Source of the DNA: Candidatus Bathyarchaeota archaeon | GTDB taxonomy: Archaea > Thermoproteota > Bathyarchaeia > Bathyarchaeales > Bathycorpusculaceae | Direction: 5' to 3' | Assembly (NCBI GenBank): GCA_963702095.1 | Contig: OY969706.1 | Span: 1,792,001 to 1,856,000, forward strand | DNA: 64,000 nucleotides | Shown: positions 29,054 through 39,032 of the stretch, piece after piece | How positions within the stretch are numbered: position 1 is the first letter of the stretch | How the letters are laid out: each line of letters begins with the position of its first letter | The notes under the pieces: generated by a model | The model's database searches: none | What the model was told of the DNA's origin: nothing | The model's input: the letters and a program-made list of their open reading frames with translations, nothing else | Translations under genes and position numbers: made by a program

Positions 29054-31492
29054 CTACGACTCGCCGTTTCCATGCTTTAAGAGCTTATAGAACGCCACCT
29101 TTGCAAAGTCCGTTACAACAAACAAGACCAAAGCGTAAGCCCACACGATTAGCGCCAGTCCCCAGCCCATGGCTGGAAGCAATATACCGTATACCGTGAT
29201 GAGTGTAGCCACCAACTGTGTACCGATAACCGCCAACAAAAGCGGCGTTGCTGGCCTCACCGACCAGAAATGCCCCTTAGTTCTCGCAACAAATACGGTC
29301 AGGTGCCCCGCTACTGAGAGCTTAAGGTAGATAAACGACTGTAGCACCAGCGGGTCCAGTTTAAGCACTTCTGTTCCTATGTAGAGGATACCAAAAGAAG
29401 AGAACACCCCAATAACGCCCAAAAAAGTTGCAACAGACAGCAGGACTCGCATGTTCCATTTTTCGGGTTTGTTTGAATATATCACGTTGTCGTAGGCAAT
29501 GGTCATTATGGGCAAATCGTTGAGGAGCGCCAGCAACACAATCATTAGCGCCGTAACAGGGTAAAACTGGAAGACAATGATCGATGCAGTGATGAAGAGG
29601 AGGACTCTTATGGTTTCTGCAATGCGGTAGATTCCATAGTTATTCATGCGCTGGAAAATCTTTCGGCTCTCCTTAATCGCATCAATAATCACTGACAAAC
29701 CCGACTTTGTGAGCACGATGTCAGCCGCTGATTTAGCCGCATCAGTTGCACCCGCCACCGCTATTCCCGCGTCGGCTTTTTTGAGTGCAGGAGCATCGTT
29801 AACGCCGTCGCCGGTCATACCGACGATGTGCCCTTTGTTCTGCAGAAGCTCCACGATGTGGTATTTGTGCTCGGGGAAAACTTCGGCAAACCCGTCTGCT
29901 TCCTCAACCGCTTTAACTGCGTCTCTTTCATGTTTCTCTATGAATTCTGAGGGCAAAACAATGTTTGTCCCTAACCCGACTTGCTTGGAGATTTCTTTGG
30001 CGATGGCGATGTGGTCGCCAGTTACCATCTTCACTTCGACACCCATCGACTGAGCGGTCTTGATGGTTTGCGCTGAATCCATCCTCGGCGGGTCATAGAG
30101 GCCGATTAGTCCTACAAAACGCCATTTGCCGTCTTTGTCGGTGGCTGCTACTCCCAGCGCCCGGTTTCCAGTTTTGGCGAAGCTGGCAACTTCATCTCCT
30201 ACTTGCGTAGCTAGGGCTTTGTTTTTCTCCGCGAGTCCCAAAATCACCTGTGGCGCACCCTTGGTGACCTTAAAACTGCCTCCGTCGACTTCGGCTACTG
30301 ACGCTTCAGTTCTTTTGGCGACGGGGTCGAAGGGTTTGAAGTTGCTTACCGAGTATTTGGAGACGCTTTCGGTTATGGCTGCGATGCTTTTGGCCTGTTT
30401 TACTATGGCTTTGTCGATTGGATCGGGGTCTTCCTCTCTTGAAGATAACATCCCAAACAGCAGCGCATGATTCTCTGTGAAGCCACTGAAGGTTTTCACT
30501 GACCCCACGGTCAATTGGTTTTCGGTTATGGTTCCTGTTTTGTCTGAACACAGTATGTCCATGCCCGCCATCTCTTCGATTGCCACCAGTTTGCTGACTA
30601 TGGCTTCCTTCTTGGCTAGGGCAATGGCGCCTATAGCCATGGTAACTGAGAGGACTGCTGGAAGCGCCGCAGGAATCGCTGCAACCGTCAAAACCAAGGC
30701 AAACTGAACTAACTCAAGGATGTTTTGCCCCCTAAAGATGGAAACCAAAAAAATCACGATTACCAGCATAACGGCTAAAACGATGAGGTAATCGCCGATT
30801 TTGACAATTGCTTTTTGGAAGTGGCTCCGCGTTTGCGCTGACTCAACAAGCTTTGTGGTTTTTCCGAAGAAGGTTTTGGTGCCTGTGTTGACCACTAAAG
30901 CGTCCATTTCGCCCTGCCGCACGATGGAACTGGCGTAGCCCACATCAGAAGAGTGTTTCTCAACAGGCAAAGATTCGCCGGTTAAGGCCGATTCGTCAGT
31001 GAGCAGGTAGTCGCCTTCAACGAGTTTCACGTCGGCAGGTATGATTTCCCCTAGACGCAACCGCACAATGTCGCCGGGCACAAGGTTCTTTGCAGGCGCC
31101 TCCTTCCAGACACCGTCCCGCAGAACCCGCGCGGTCAGCGCCAGTTTTTGCTTGAGCAGTTCTATGGCGTTGTCAGCTTTGTGCTCCTGCCAGAACCCAA
31201 CGACCGCGTTAACCAGCAAAAGCATCAAGATAATCCCAAAATCCGACCAGTGCTGGATGACCGCAGACATGATGATTGCGGCTTCAATCATGAAGGGGAT
31301 TGGTCCGGTGAAGTAGGTTAGGAATTTTTTGATGGGGTTGACTTTTTTCTCTTCTATTTCGTTTAAGCCGTACTCTTTGAGGCGGTTCTCTGCCTCCAGG
31401 GTTGAGAGGCCCTTCTGAGTAGTCGACAGTTTAGACATTAAATCTTGGACGTCTGCTTTTTTTGCTTCTTCAGTGCTTAGATTTTTACTCAC
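29054..31492 (-). CDS. P3A-type plasma-membrane H+-ATPase
   Basis: LTGES, IPAALP, CSDKTGT, KGAPQ, MTGDGVNDAPALKKA, ALLNDLPI. Confidence 0.95.
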   Translation of the reverse strand: MSKNLSTEEAKKADVQDLMSKLSTTQKGLSTLEAENRLKEYGLNEIEEKKVNPIKKFLTYFTGPIPFMIEAAIIMSAVIQHWSDFGIILMLLLVNAVVGFWQEHKADNAIELLKQKLALTARVLRDGVWKEAPAKNLVPGDIVRLRLGEIIPADVKLVEGDYLLTDESALTGESLPVEKHSSDVGYASSIVRQGEMDALVVNTGTKTFFGKTTKLVESAQTRSHFQKAIVKIGDYLIVLAVMLVIVIFLVSIFRGQNILELVQFALVLTVAAIPAALPAVLSVTMAIGAIALAKKEAIVSKLVAIEEMAGMDILCSDKTGTITENQLTVGSVKTFSGFTENHALLFGMLSSREEDPDPIDKAIVKQAKSIAAITESVSKYSVSNFKPFDPVAKRTEASVAEVDGGSFKVTKGAPQVILGLAEKNKALATQVGDEVASFAKTGNRALGVAATDKDGKWRFVGLIGLYDPPRMDSAQTIKTAQSMGVEVKMVTGDHIAIAKEISKQVGLGTNIVLPSEFIEKHERDAVKAVEEADGFAEVFPEHKYHIVELLQNKGHIVGMTGDGVNDAPALKKADAGIAVAGATDAAKSAADIVLTKSGLSVIIDAIKESRKIFQRMNNYGIYRIAETIRVLLFITASIIVFQFYPVTALMIVLLALLNDLPIMTIAYDNVIYSNKPEKWNMRVLLSVATFLGVIGVFSSFGILYIGTEVLKLDPLVLQSFIYLKLSVAGHLTVFVARTKGHFWSVRPATPLLLAVIGTQLVATLITVYGILLPAMGWGLALIVWAYALVLFVVTDFAKVAFYKLLKHGNGES

Positions 31493-31561
31493 TCAAGCTT
31501 TGCCTCTATGGAGTTATCTGGGTATCTTCTGAGGTGACTTTTAGCCACTTTCCAATGGGTG

Positions 31562-32023
31562 CTACTCGTAGTTGATGCCCCAAATGTTTAGCTGCGATAC
31601 GTTGCCCTCTTTAAGATGCTGTATTAGTTCAAGAGTTAACTTTTTGTGGAGATGCGTCAACACATAGAAGCTTTCGATCAAGAAGAGGTGTACGCCCAAG
31701 GTCTCGAAACCTGCGATTTCAAAATCTCTAAGCGCCTTGAAGTAGCTCTTGGGCATGGCGATTCCATAGTCTGTCCAGGCTCCCCGTTCCCGCATTCGCT
31801 TCACGATTTTTCCGATTGCATAAGTGATGCTCTGCTCAGGGGGCTGGTCGGTTTCCCATATGCCCTCGATTAGGAATGTTTCGCGTCCCTTCTTAGCGGT
31901 TATTTCCACGCTCAACGCGTACTTGTCTTCTTGGTGGGTAACGGAGTAACCTTTGATTTCTAAGTGTTGTCTGATGCTTGAAATAACATCGCCTATAGTT
32001 AAACTCAAATCAGGCTTCACCAT
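31562..32023 (-). CDS. Hypothetical protein, possible PD-(D/E)xK fold
   Basis: HLEIKGY...VEITAKKG..FLIE pattern; catalytic residues look degenerate. Confidence 0.55.
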   Translation of the reverse strand: MVKPDLSLTIGDVISSIRQHLEIKGYSVTHQEDKYALSVEITAKKGRETFLIEGIWETDQPPEQSITYAIGKIVKRMRERGAWTDYGIAMPKSYFKALRDFEIAGFETLGVHLFLIESFYVLTHLHKKLTLELIQHLKEGNVSQLNIWGINYE

Positions 32024-32271
32024 CCAAACAATCCTTGACTCCTCAGCTCCTCTTGGAGGTCAAGAGTCAAAGCTTCTTGTAAAACCTATGAGGGTGTACT
32101 GCTTTTTTAGTCTATTGCTTGTGTAAGGTCGGCTCTTGGCTGCTTGATGGGCAAGCGTCACTGTTTTCAAATGAAATTTGTAGCTCCACTTTATTCTACA
32201 TTAAAAAATGCATTTAGCATGCTTCGGGCGGTTTTTGCCGCCTTGGATGCAATAATCCATATATCGCCGCT

Positions 32272-33447
32272 GTGCCCCATCCAGCGTTGATTGTGATGTA
32301 CCGTTCTGGCACTGCTGTTCTACCATTGCATGGTGGCAAAGCGCCCTCATGGCTTACGGGGCGCATGCGTGGGCTCGCCCGAGGAATCGCCGATGTCTTC
32401 ATCGACGAGTACGGCGCCGCCAAATTCATCGCGCGACTATCCGACCCTTACTGGTTCCAAGCGCTCGGATGCGTCTTGGCTTATGACTGGCACAGCAGCG
32501 GCGTAACCACAGTTGTCACCGGCGTCCTCAAAACCGCCCTGTCGCCAGAAGAGCACGGCGTCGCGGTCTGCGGCGGCAAAGGTAAAACCAGCCGCAAAAC
32601 ACCCAGCGACATCCAGTTTATCGGCGAAAAATGGGGTTTCTCAGAAGAAAAAATCGACGACCTCCTCCATACAAGCCGCATGACAGCCAAAGTCGACAAC
32701 GCCGCTGTGCAGGATGGCTACCAACTCTACCACCACGCGTTCCTCCTCACGGCGGAGGGCGAGTGGGCGGTTGTGCAGCAGGGCATGAGCGGCGCAGAGC
32801 GGAGTGCTCGGCGGTATCATTGGCTGAGCAGCAGCACCCAAAGCTTCACTGAGGATCCCCGCAACGCAGTCGCCTGTGACGTCACACGGGAAAAGGCGCT
32901 CAACATGGTTGCCCGTGAAAGCCAAGAAGCACGGAAAGCCTCGGTTGACCTTGCGAAGGAGCCGCCGAAGAAACTGTTTAACCTCATCCAATCCACGACT
33001 AAGCCCCCCAACCAAGCGTCGCTGCAAACGTGGCTGCCCCAAACAGACTACCCCTGGACACAAACCCAAACCACCCTCAACATGCCCCGTCACATCAACT
33101 GGGACACACTCAGCCGCCTATACGAGTTCCAACCCCGCAACTACGAGGAATTCTTAAGCGTCAAAGGCGTCGGACCCGCAACCGTCCGAGGCTTAGCCCT
33201 CGTCGCCGAACTCATCTACGGCGAAGAACCCAGCTGGCAAGACCCCGTCAAATTCAGCTTCGCCTACGGTGGCAAAGACGGCGTACCCTTTCCCGTCGAC
33301 CGCAAAGCTATGGATGAATCTATTGAAATCCTCAGAAAGTCAGTTGAGGAAGCTAAAATAGACGAAAAAGACAGGCTGCAATCGCTGCAGAGGCTGAGGC
33401 GGTTTGTGCCCCAGACCACAAACTCTAAACGGGCAATCGCCAAATAA
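32272..33447 (+). CDS. DUF763 family protein; probable start ATG 32297
   Basis: LPLHGGKAPSWL, DPYWFQA, DWHSSGVTT, AKVDNAAVQDGYQLYHH, GGKDGVPFPVD. Confidence 0.92.
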   Translation: MPHPALIVMYRSGTAVLPLHGGKAPSWLTGRMRGLARGIADVFIDEYGAAKFIARLSDPYWFQALGCVLAYDWHSSGVTTVVTGVLKTALSPEEHGVAVCGGKGKTSRKTPSDIQFIGEKWGFSEEKIDDLLHTSRMTAKVDNAAVQDGYQLYHHAFLLTAEGEWAVVQQGMSGAERSARRYHWLSSSTQSFTEDPRNAVACDVTREKALNMVARESQEARKASVDLAKEPPKKLFNLIQSTTKPPNQASLQTWLPQTDYPWTQTQTTLNMPRHINWDTLSRLYEFQPRNYEEFLSVKGVGPATVRGLALVAELIYGEEPSWQDPVKFSFAYGGKDGVPFPVDRKAMDESIEILRKSVEEAKIDEKDRLQSLQRLRRFVPQTTNSKRAIAK

Positions 33448-33452
33448 CCACT

Positions 33453-34049
33453 GTGAGCAAAATGACTAAACCCGCCCAGATTGGAGCAATCGCAGGAATC
33501 ATCGCCCCCATAGTTGCCTTCACCTGCATCCTAACCGCCATCGCGTCTTATCCAGCGTTTAGCTGGACAAACAACGCGTTGAGTGACCTAGGCGTAGTCG
33601 GAGGCGCAACCAGCATAATCTTCAATTCTGGGCTCGTCACCGCGGGGGTGTTGGCGTTTGTCTTTGCCGTTTTAGGCGTGTACTCATACGTTGGAAGGCA
33701 ATTGGTAGGAAAGGTGGGCGTTGCGGTTTTTGCTGCTGCAACGGTTGCGTTGGTCTGCATTGGCATCTTCAACGAGCACTTTGTGCCGACGCATTACATG
33801 GTTTCGGTGGCGTTTTTTGTTTTGGCGCCGATTGGCTTTTTCAATTTGACCTGTGCTTTTTGGCTGGGTGGACGCCGCAGTTTGGCTGTGTTTAGTCTGG
33901 TGCTCGGCGTGATTGCTGCTTTACCCTGGATTTTTGAGTTCACAATATACTATGCGCCAAACGTTGCCATACCCGAAACAGTGTCTGCGCTGGCAATTGC
34001 GGCTTGGGCTATTGTGCTCTCAAAACTGATTCTTACCCAAAAACGCTAG
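33453..34049 (+). CDS. DUF998 membrane protein
   Basis: FSWTNNALSDLG, IFNSGL, GIFNE..H. Confidence 0.85.
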   Translation: MSKMTKPAQIGAIAGIIAPIVAFTCILTAIASYPAFSWTNNALSDLGVVGGATSIIFNSGLVTAGVLAFVFAVLGVYSYVGRQLVGKVGVAVFAAATVALVCIGIFNEHFVPTHYMVSVAFFVLAPIGFFNLTCAFWLGGRRSLAVFSLVLGVIAALPWIFEFTIYYAPNVAIPETVSALAIAAWAIVLSKLILTQKR

Positions 34050-34261
34050 TCTGAGGCTGAGGAGGAACTCCACTTCTTAACCATCCTATACCCCGCATAA
34101 GCTATAACCGCAAACACCACAACGATGCCGACGATCCCGATTACTTCGCCTGCTAAACTTGCTCCGTCCGCTGTGTTGGAGGCCTGTGTTGCCTCCGCAC
34201 TAGCCAAGGTAAGTGTTGAGAAACAAAGCAAAACTGCGAGTGCAGCGACAGCTTTTAGCAT
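34046..34261 (-). CDS. Small secreted/membrane protein
   Basis: Signal peptide plus one TM helix; GAGGT ribosome-binding site upstream. Confidence 0.6.
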   Translation of the reverse strand: MLKAVAALAVLLCFSTLTLASAEATQASNTADGASLAGEVIGIVGIVVVFAVIAYAGYRMVKKWSSSSASD

Positions 34262-34294
34262 TTTATCCCCAACCTCATTGGTTGGTTTAGGCGT

Positions 34295-35308
34295 TTAAAA
34301 CCTTTGGTTCACCGCTTTACCGCCAACATCCGAGCCCACTTGGGCACAGCAACACGGCGAAAAAACCGTTTGGAACCCCCTGTTTTTGGCGTATTCAACA
34401 GCTTTTTCACTTGGAAACGCCACCCCATCCACGCCGGCTTTTAGCGCCAAAACGTCGGTTTCCCCGCGCAGTTTGCCTTTGGGGCGCATGCAACCCAGCA
34501 CCAGTGGGGTGTGGGGGAACATTTGGCGGGCTGCGGCGGCGACTTTGGCGATGTCGAGGGGTTGAGGCGGCGGGGTTTTAGCCATTTCTGTGCCTTGGAT
34601 GGGCATAAATGCGATGATGACCACAGCAGAGGGTGTGCTGTTTTCTTTGATGGTTTCCAGCGCGTGGAGTTCGCCGTCGAGTTTGCCCCCGTTTAAGCCG
34701 ACGATGACATGGGGCACCACGTTTAGGCGGGCTTCTGTGAGGGCTTTTAGCGACTGGGCATAGTCTCTGACGCCGACTTTAAGGTTCAACGTATGCTGCA
34801 TTGTTTCTTCGGAGCCCAACACATCGATTAACGTAGCGTCTACCCCCGCCTTTTTTAGCAAAAAAGCGGATTCTCCACGCACAATTCCCGTGTGGACAAA
34901 CACCGTTAACCCCAACTCATGCTTAAGCCGCCCCAAAACCGCTGTGAACCCATCGATGGGCACGGAGCCGTCGGGTAAGCAACCGCCGCTTACCAGCACA
35001 CCTTTGGCGCCTTCACGCTTAAGCTTCACCGCCAACTCAAACAGAGCCTCAGGCGACTGGGCTGCCTGCATGGTTTCGAGCACTTTGCCGCCGCAGTGCT
35101 TGCAGTTCAATGCGCAGTTGTTGCCGGTGACGGATATGGTGGGAAACTCTTTGGTTGAGGTGCAGAAGTACTTGGTTTTGCAGTAAGTGAAGCTGGGCGC
35201 GTAGAAGTGGATGGTGTTGCTTGTGGGTTTTAGGGTGCCTGAATTTAGCAGTGTGTTGAGTTCTGTTGGGTTTAGGTTCCAAATGGTCTGAGGGGCAATG
35301 TTTTCCAT
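34295..35308 (-). CDS. Biotin-synthase-like radical SAM protein (archaeal LipS1/LipS2-type family)
   Basis: ISVTGNNCALNCKHC, LVSGG, PHVIVGL, LGCMRP, C-terminal CC. Start set at ATG 35308 because the longer track ORF reads through a family A repeat. Confidence 0.8.
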   Translation of the reverse strand: MENIAPQTIWNLNPTELNTLLNSGTLKPTSNTIHFYAPSFTYCKTKYFCTSTKEFPTISVTGNNCALNCKHCGGKVLETMQAAQSPEALFELAVKLKREGAKGVLVSGGCLPDGSVPIDGFTAVLGRLKHELGLTVFVHTGIVRGESAFLLKKAGVDATLIDVLGSEETMQHTLNLKVGVRDYAQSLKALTEARLNVVPHVIVGLNGGKLDGELHALETIKENSTPSAVVIIAFMPIQGTEMAKTPPPQPLDIAKVAAAARQMFPHTPLVLGCMRPKGKLRGETDVLALKAGVDGVAFPSEKAVEYAKNRGFQTVFSPCCCAQVGSDVGGKAVNQRF

Positions 35309-35352
35309 GGTCTTCAAAATAGGATTCCCGGCTCTTAATAGTTTAATCCCGC

Positions 35353-35470
35353 TGTGGCGTGTGGAAGAAATCGCATGCCCCCAACAGACAAGAAAAAATG
35401 CAACCCAAAGACAGCCGCACCCAGCTACAGACTTCTGGCACCCCATAAACCAGCACACCACAAAAGAGGC
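35353..35470 (-). repeat. Family A repeat, partial and degenerate
   Basis: GGCGTGTGGAAGAAA...AACAGAC...TGCAACCCAAAGACAGCCGC...TGGCACCCCATAAACCAGCACACCACAAAAGAG. Confidence 0.8.
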
Positions 35471-35584
35471 AAAGAGACACTTACGATTTAGACGTTTATA
35501 GGGGGAGGGGCAGGTCTGAAAAGCAATTAAAAGAGAACGAAAGGCCGAGGGAAAGCCCAAATAAAGGGGTAGAGCCAGTCCCTC

Positions 35585-38398
35585 TTAGTGTTCTGTGTGG
35601 TCGTGTTTGACTATGTCTTCGCCTTTCTTTGTGAAGAAGTGGCGGACGAAGAGTTTGCGGACCTCGTCAGCGAGTATAACCACAACCGCCAAAAACAGCA
35701 GGAACACCCAGTCCATCCAGCCCAACGCTACAGTGCCGAACACATCTTGCATTAAGGGCACGTAGATCAATACGGCAAGGATGCTTAGTTGCGCGATTAT
35801 GCCCCAGACGATCCACTTGTTTGTGGCTAAGCTGGTTCTGAAGATGGATTGTTTGCTGGTGCGGCATGCTAAGACGTTTCCTGCTTGGGCAACGACTATG
35901 CCTGCGAACATCATCGTGACACCTTTCAAATAGATTGGGTCAGGAGTGATGCCGGGAACGCCGAATTGCCAGTTGGCTGGTACAGGCATGCCGATGTGCC
36001 ATCCGCCTGTAGCCCAGACGTTTAGGCATCCGATTAGGGCGCCGATAGCAATGATTATGCCGATGTAGAGGGACCGGGAGAAGACTTTGCCTGTGAAGAG
36101 GCGTTCTTTGGCGCTTCTAGGAGGCTCCTCCATGATGCCAGCTTCTGGCGGTTCACGGCTCAACGCTAAACTGGGGATGACGTCGATGGCTAAGTCGATG
36201 GCTAATATTTGAACCACCAACAGCGGCAATGGGAAACCCACTAACGCATAAAGGACGAAGGGGATGAGTTCCGCCCAGTTGTGGGCGAACACGTAAACGA
36301 TGAATTTGCGGATGTTCTCATAGATGGCGCGTCCTGACTCGACGGCTTTAACTATGCTGGCGAAGCTGTCGTTTAGGAGCACTATGTCGGCTGCTTCGCG
36401 GGCAACGTCTGTGCCTGAAGCACCCATGGCGACGCCTATGTCGGCTTCTTTAAGTGAGGGCGCGTCGTTGGCGCCGTCTCCGGTGACCGCGACGATTTCG
36501 CCGCTTTTCTTAAGCACCTTGACTATACGGAGTTTCTGTTCAGGTGAAACCCTTGCAAAGATGACGTCGCCTTTTTTGACTTCGTCCACTATGGCTTGGT
36601 CGCTTAAATCTTCAAGGTCAATGCCGCGGATGACTTGGCAGCAATTTTTAGCGACGATTCCTACTTCCTGTGCGATAACCTGTGCTGTTGGGCCATAGTC
36701 GCCGGTGATGATGACGGTTTTTATGCCGGCTTGTCTAGCTTTTTCCACGGCGTCTTTTACTTCCATTCTTGGGGGGTCACGCATGCCTGCTAACCCGACA
36801 AAAATCAGGTCTTTTTCTAGGTTTTCGCAGTTTTCGCCTTTTTTGTATTCGGATTTAGGCATGCATTTGTACGCCATCGCTATAACACGTAAGCCTTCGT
36901 TGGCGAACTCGTGAAGTCTTGCTTCTATCCAATCCTCGTTTTCTTTAGTTAGGGGTTCCTCTACTCCGTCAACGAAGACGCGATTGCAATTATCCAGAAG
37001 TATGCGTGGCGCGCCTTTGGTGAAGATTGCAACTTCATCGCCAAGATCATGCACTGTGCTCATACGTTTGCGTTCATAACTGAAAGGCAATATGTCAACT
37101 GTGGGTTTCTCGTTTGCTGATTCGTCGATAACTTGGCCGTATTTGAGTGCGCAAACCAGCAGTGCTCCGTCAGTTGGGTCGCCGATGACGCTCCAGTTTC
37201 GGTTTCGGTCATTGGGAGGCTCAATTTTGGCGCCGTTGCAGAGCGCGGCAATCTCTAGGAGTCTGTCAAGCGATTTTGTTTCTCCAGCATGTAGCGGCTC
37301 ACCGTTTATGGTAAAGTCGCCCACTGGCATATAGCCTAAACCTGAAACTTCGATAACACGGTCTTTTACCCAGAGCTTGTTAACGGTCATTTCGCCTTTG
37401 GTGATGGTGCCTGTTTTGTCAGTGCAGATCACCGTGACACTGCCCAATGTTTGCACGGCGGATAAGCGTTTAACCAACACGTTTTGACGCACCATTTTGA
37501 GCACGTTGATGGCTAACGCGCTGGAAACAGTGACCTGTAAACCTTCAGGGACACAAGCCACCATGACACCGATCATGAAGAGGAAACTTGTGCCGGGTGG
37601 TATGTGAAGGAAAAGAAAACTTGCGGCAAAAAAGGATATCCCAACGAGGACTGCAATGATAAAGTCAAACTTTGCCATGGACGCAATTTCTTTTTCGAGT
37701 GGACTGTCTTCTTCTTGGATTGTTTGGGTTAAACTGGCGATTCTGCCAAACTGTGTGCCCATGCCAGTGGCGTATGCGACTGCTTTACCCTGACCTTTTG
37801 CCACGCTGGTGCTCATGAACACAAGGTTAGGAGCATAGAGGTAGGCTTTTTCAACCACCTTTGCGGTTTCAGCGACGCGTGGTTGGGGTTCCGATTCTCC
37901 TGTGAGGGGCACGTTGTTCGTCCATAAATCAAAGGCTTCGATTATCCGTGCATCGGCGGGGACGCGGTCGCCTTCCTCAAGCGCGATTATGTCGCCTGGA
38001 ACTATCTCTGAAACAGAGATTTTCTTGAGTTCCCCGTCGCGAATAACTTTTGCATATTCAGGCATCCAGCTTTTCAATGTTGCCATGGCTTTTTCAGCAC
38101 GTGACTCCTGGAATATGCTGACTAAGATGTTAACAAAAACTACGGCTAAGATGATGAAGCCAAGTGAGGGGTCGTCGCTTACAAAGGATAAGATAGCTGC
38201 GAAGATGAGAAGTATGCCGAAAAGGTCGCGGAGGTGCTTGATGAATTTGTGTATTAAGGGCAGTTGCCTGCGCTCGGAAAGTTTGTTGTAACCGTATTTT
38301 TTGAGGCGTAATTTAGCCTCTTGGCTTGACAAGCCCTCCGAAGTTGTTTGCAGGTCCTCGAAAACCGTTTCAATCGGCATAGAAGCAGCTTTTTCCAA
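35585..38398 (-). CDS. P2-type cation-transporting ATPase
   Basis: LTGES, CVPEGL, CTDKTGT, KGAP, DPPR, TGDGANDAPSLK. Confidence 0.95.
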   Translation of the reverse strand: MEKAASMPIETVFEDLQTTSEGLSSQEAKLRLKKYGYNKLSERRQLPLIHKFIKHLRDLFGILLIFAAILSFVSDDPSLGFIILAVVFVNILVSIFQESRAEKAMATLKSWMPEYAKVIRDGELKKISVSEIVPGDIIALEEGDRVPADARIIEAFDLWTNNVPLTGESEPQPRVAETAKVVEKAYLYAPNLVFMSTSVAKGQGKAVAYATGMGTQFGRIASLTQTIQEEDSPLEKEIASMAKFDFIIAVLVGISFFAASFLFLHIPPGTSFLFMIGVMVACVPEGLQVTVSSALAINVLKMVRQNVLVKRLSAVQTLGSVTVICTDKTGTITKGEMTVNKLWVKDRVIEVSGLGYMPVGDFTINGEPLHAGETKSLDRLLEIAALCNGAKIEPPNDRNRNWSVIGDPTDGALLVCALKYGQVIDESANEKPTVDILPFSYERKRMSTVHDLGDEVAIFTKGAPRILLDNCNRVFVDGVEEPLTKENEDWIEARLHEFANEGLRVIAMAYKCMPKSEYKKGENCENLEKDLIFVGLAGMRDPPRMEVKDAVEKARQAGIKTVIITGDYGPTAQVIAQEVGIVAKNCCQVIRGIDLEDLSDQAIVDEVKKGDVIFARVSPEQKLRIVKVLKKSGEIVAVTGDGANDAPSLKEADIGVAMGASGTDVAREAADIVLLNDSFASIVKAVESGRAIYENIRKFIVYVFAHNWAELIPFVLYALVGFPLPLLVVQILAIDLAIDVIPSLALSREPPEAGIMEEPPRSAKERLFTGKVFSRSLYIGIIIAIGALIGCLNVWATGGWHIGMPVPANWQFGVPGITPDPIYLKGVTMMFAGIVVAQAGNVLACRTSKQSIFRTSLATNKWIVWGIIAQLSILAVLIYVPLMQDVFGTVALGWMDWVFLLFLAVVVILADEVRKLFVRHFFTKKGEDIVKHDHTEH

Positions 38399-39032
38399 TC
38401 TTATACCGCCAAAATTTCAAGAGACCGAATTTGAAAACAACCCCGATGAAAACTTAATGCGAGGGGCGCTTGGGCTCTGTAGACTAATATGTTAATCGCC
38501 TGCAATAAGACTTTTTGAATCTGCATTCGGATCCTCAGCGTATTTCTGTGCCTATTTCTGTGTCACAGTGAGAGTTTAGTTTTTGGTTAGTATAGGATGT
38601 TGAATTTAAAGCAATCGGGTTTAAAGAGTCTTTTAATCGCGAAAAACTCTGTTTCTGGCGCGTATTGTTCGCAAGCGTATATGTATCCATTAGGCTCCCC
38701 TCGAAACTTTTTCTTCACTCATAGAACCCAGTGTTAATTTATTCTTTTTTGCGAAATAGGGTTAACTAAAATGCAAACTCCAGTAAGCGCTATCTTTCAT
38801 GGTGAAAGAAAGCTTGTAACGGTTGGAAACTCTCTGAGGGCACTGTTTGAGCTAAGTTTTGGGGTTGTTTTCATCACAATTGATTCCAAAAAATATTGCC
38901 ATAAAGTTAATAGGCTACAAATTCAATTTCCCTGTAGTCTCACCGTATTTCCATGGTAGATTAAATGCTTCAAATAATCAAAAATACACATTTGAAGATA
39001 CTATTTCAAAGATAATGGAGAAAGAATAGTTT

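Noticed and set aside
35309-35560. N-terminal extension of the radical SAM ORF
   Set aside because: Reads through a degenerate family A repeat; ATG 35308 with an upstream TATA-like element is more plausible
38500-39030. ncRNA or ORF (38771-38959) upstream of EF-2
   Set aside because: No recognisable RNA motif or convincing coding signal; treated as a divergent promoter region
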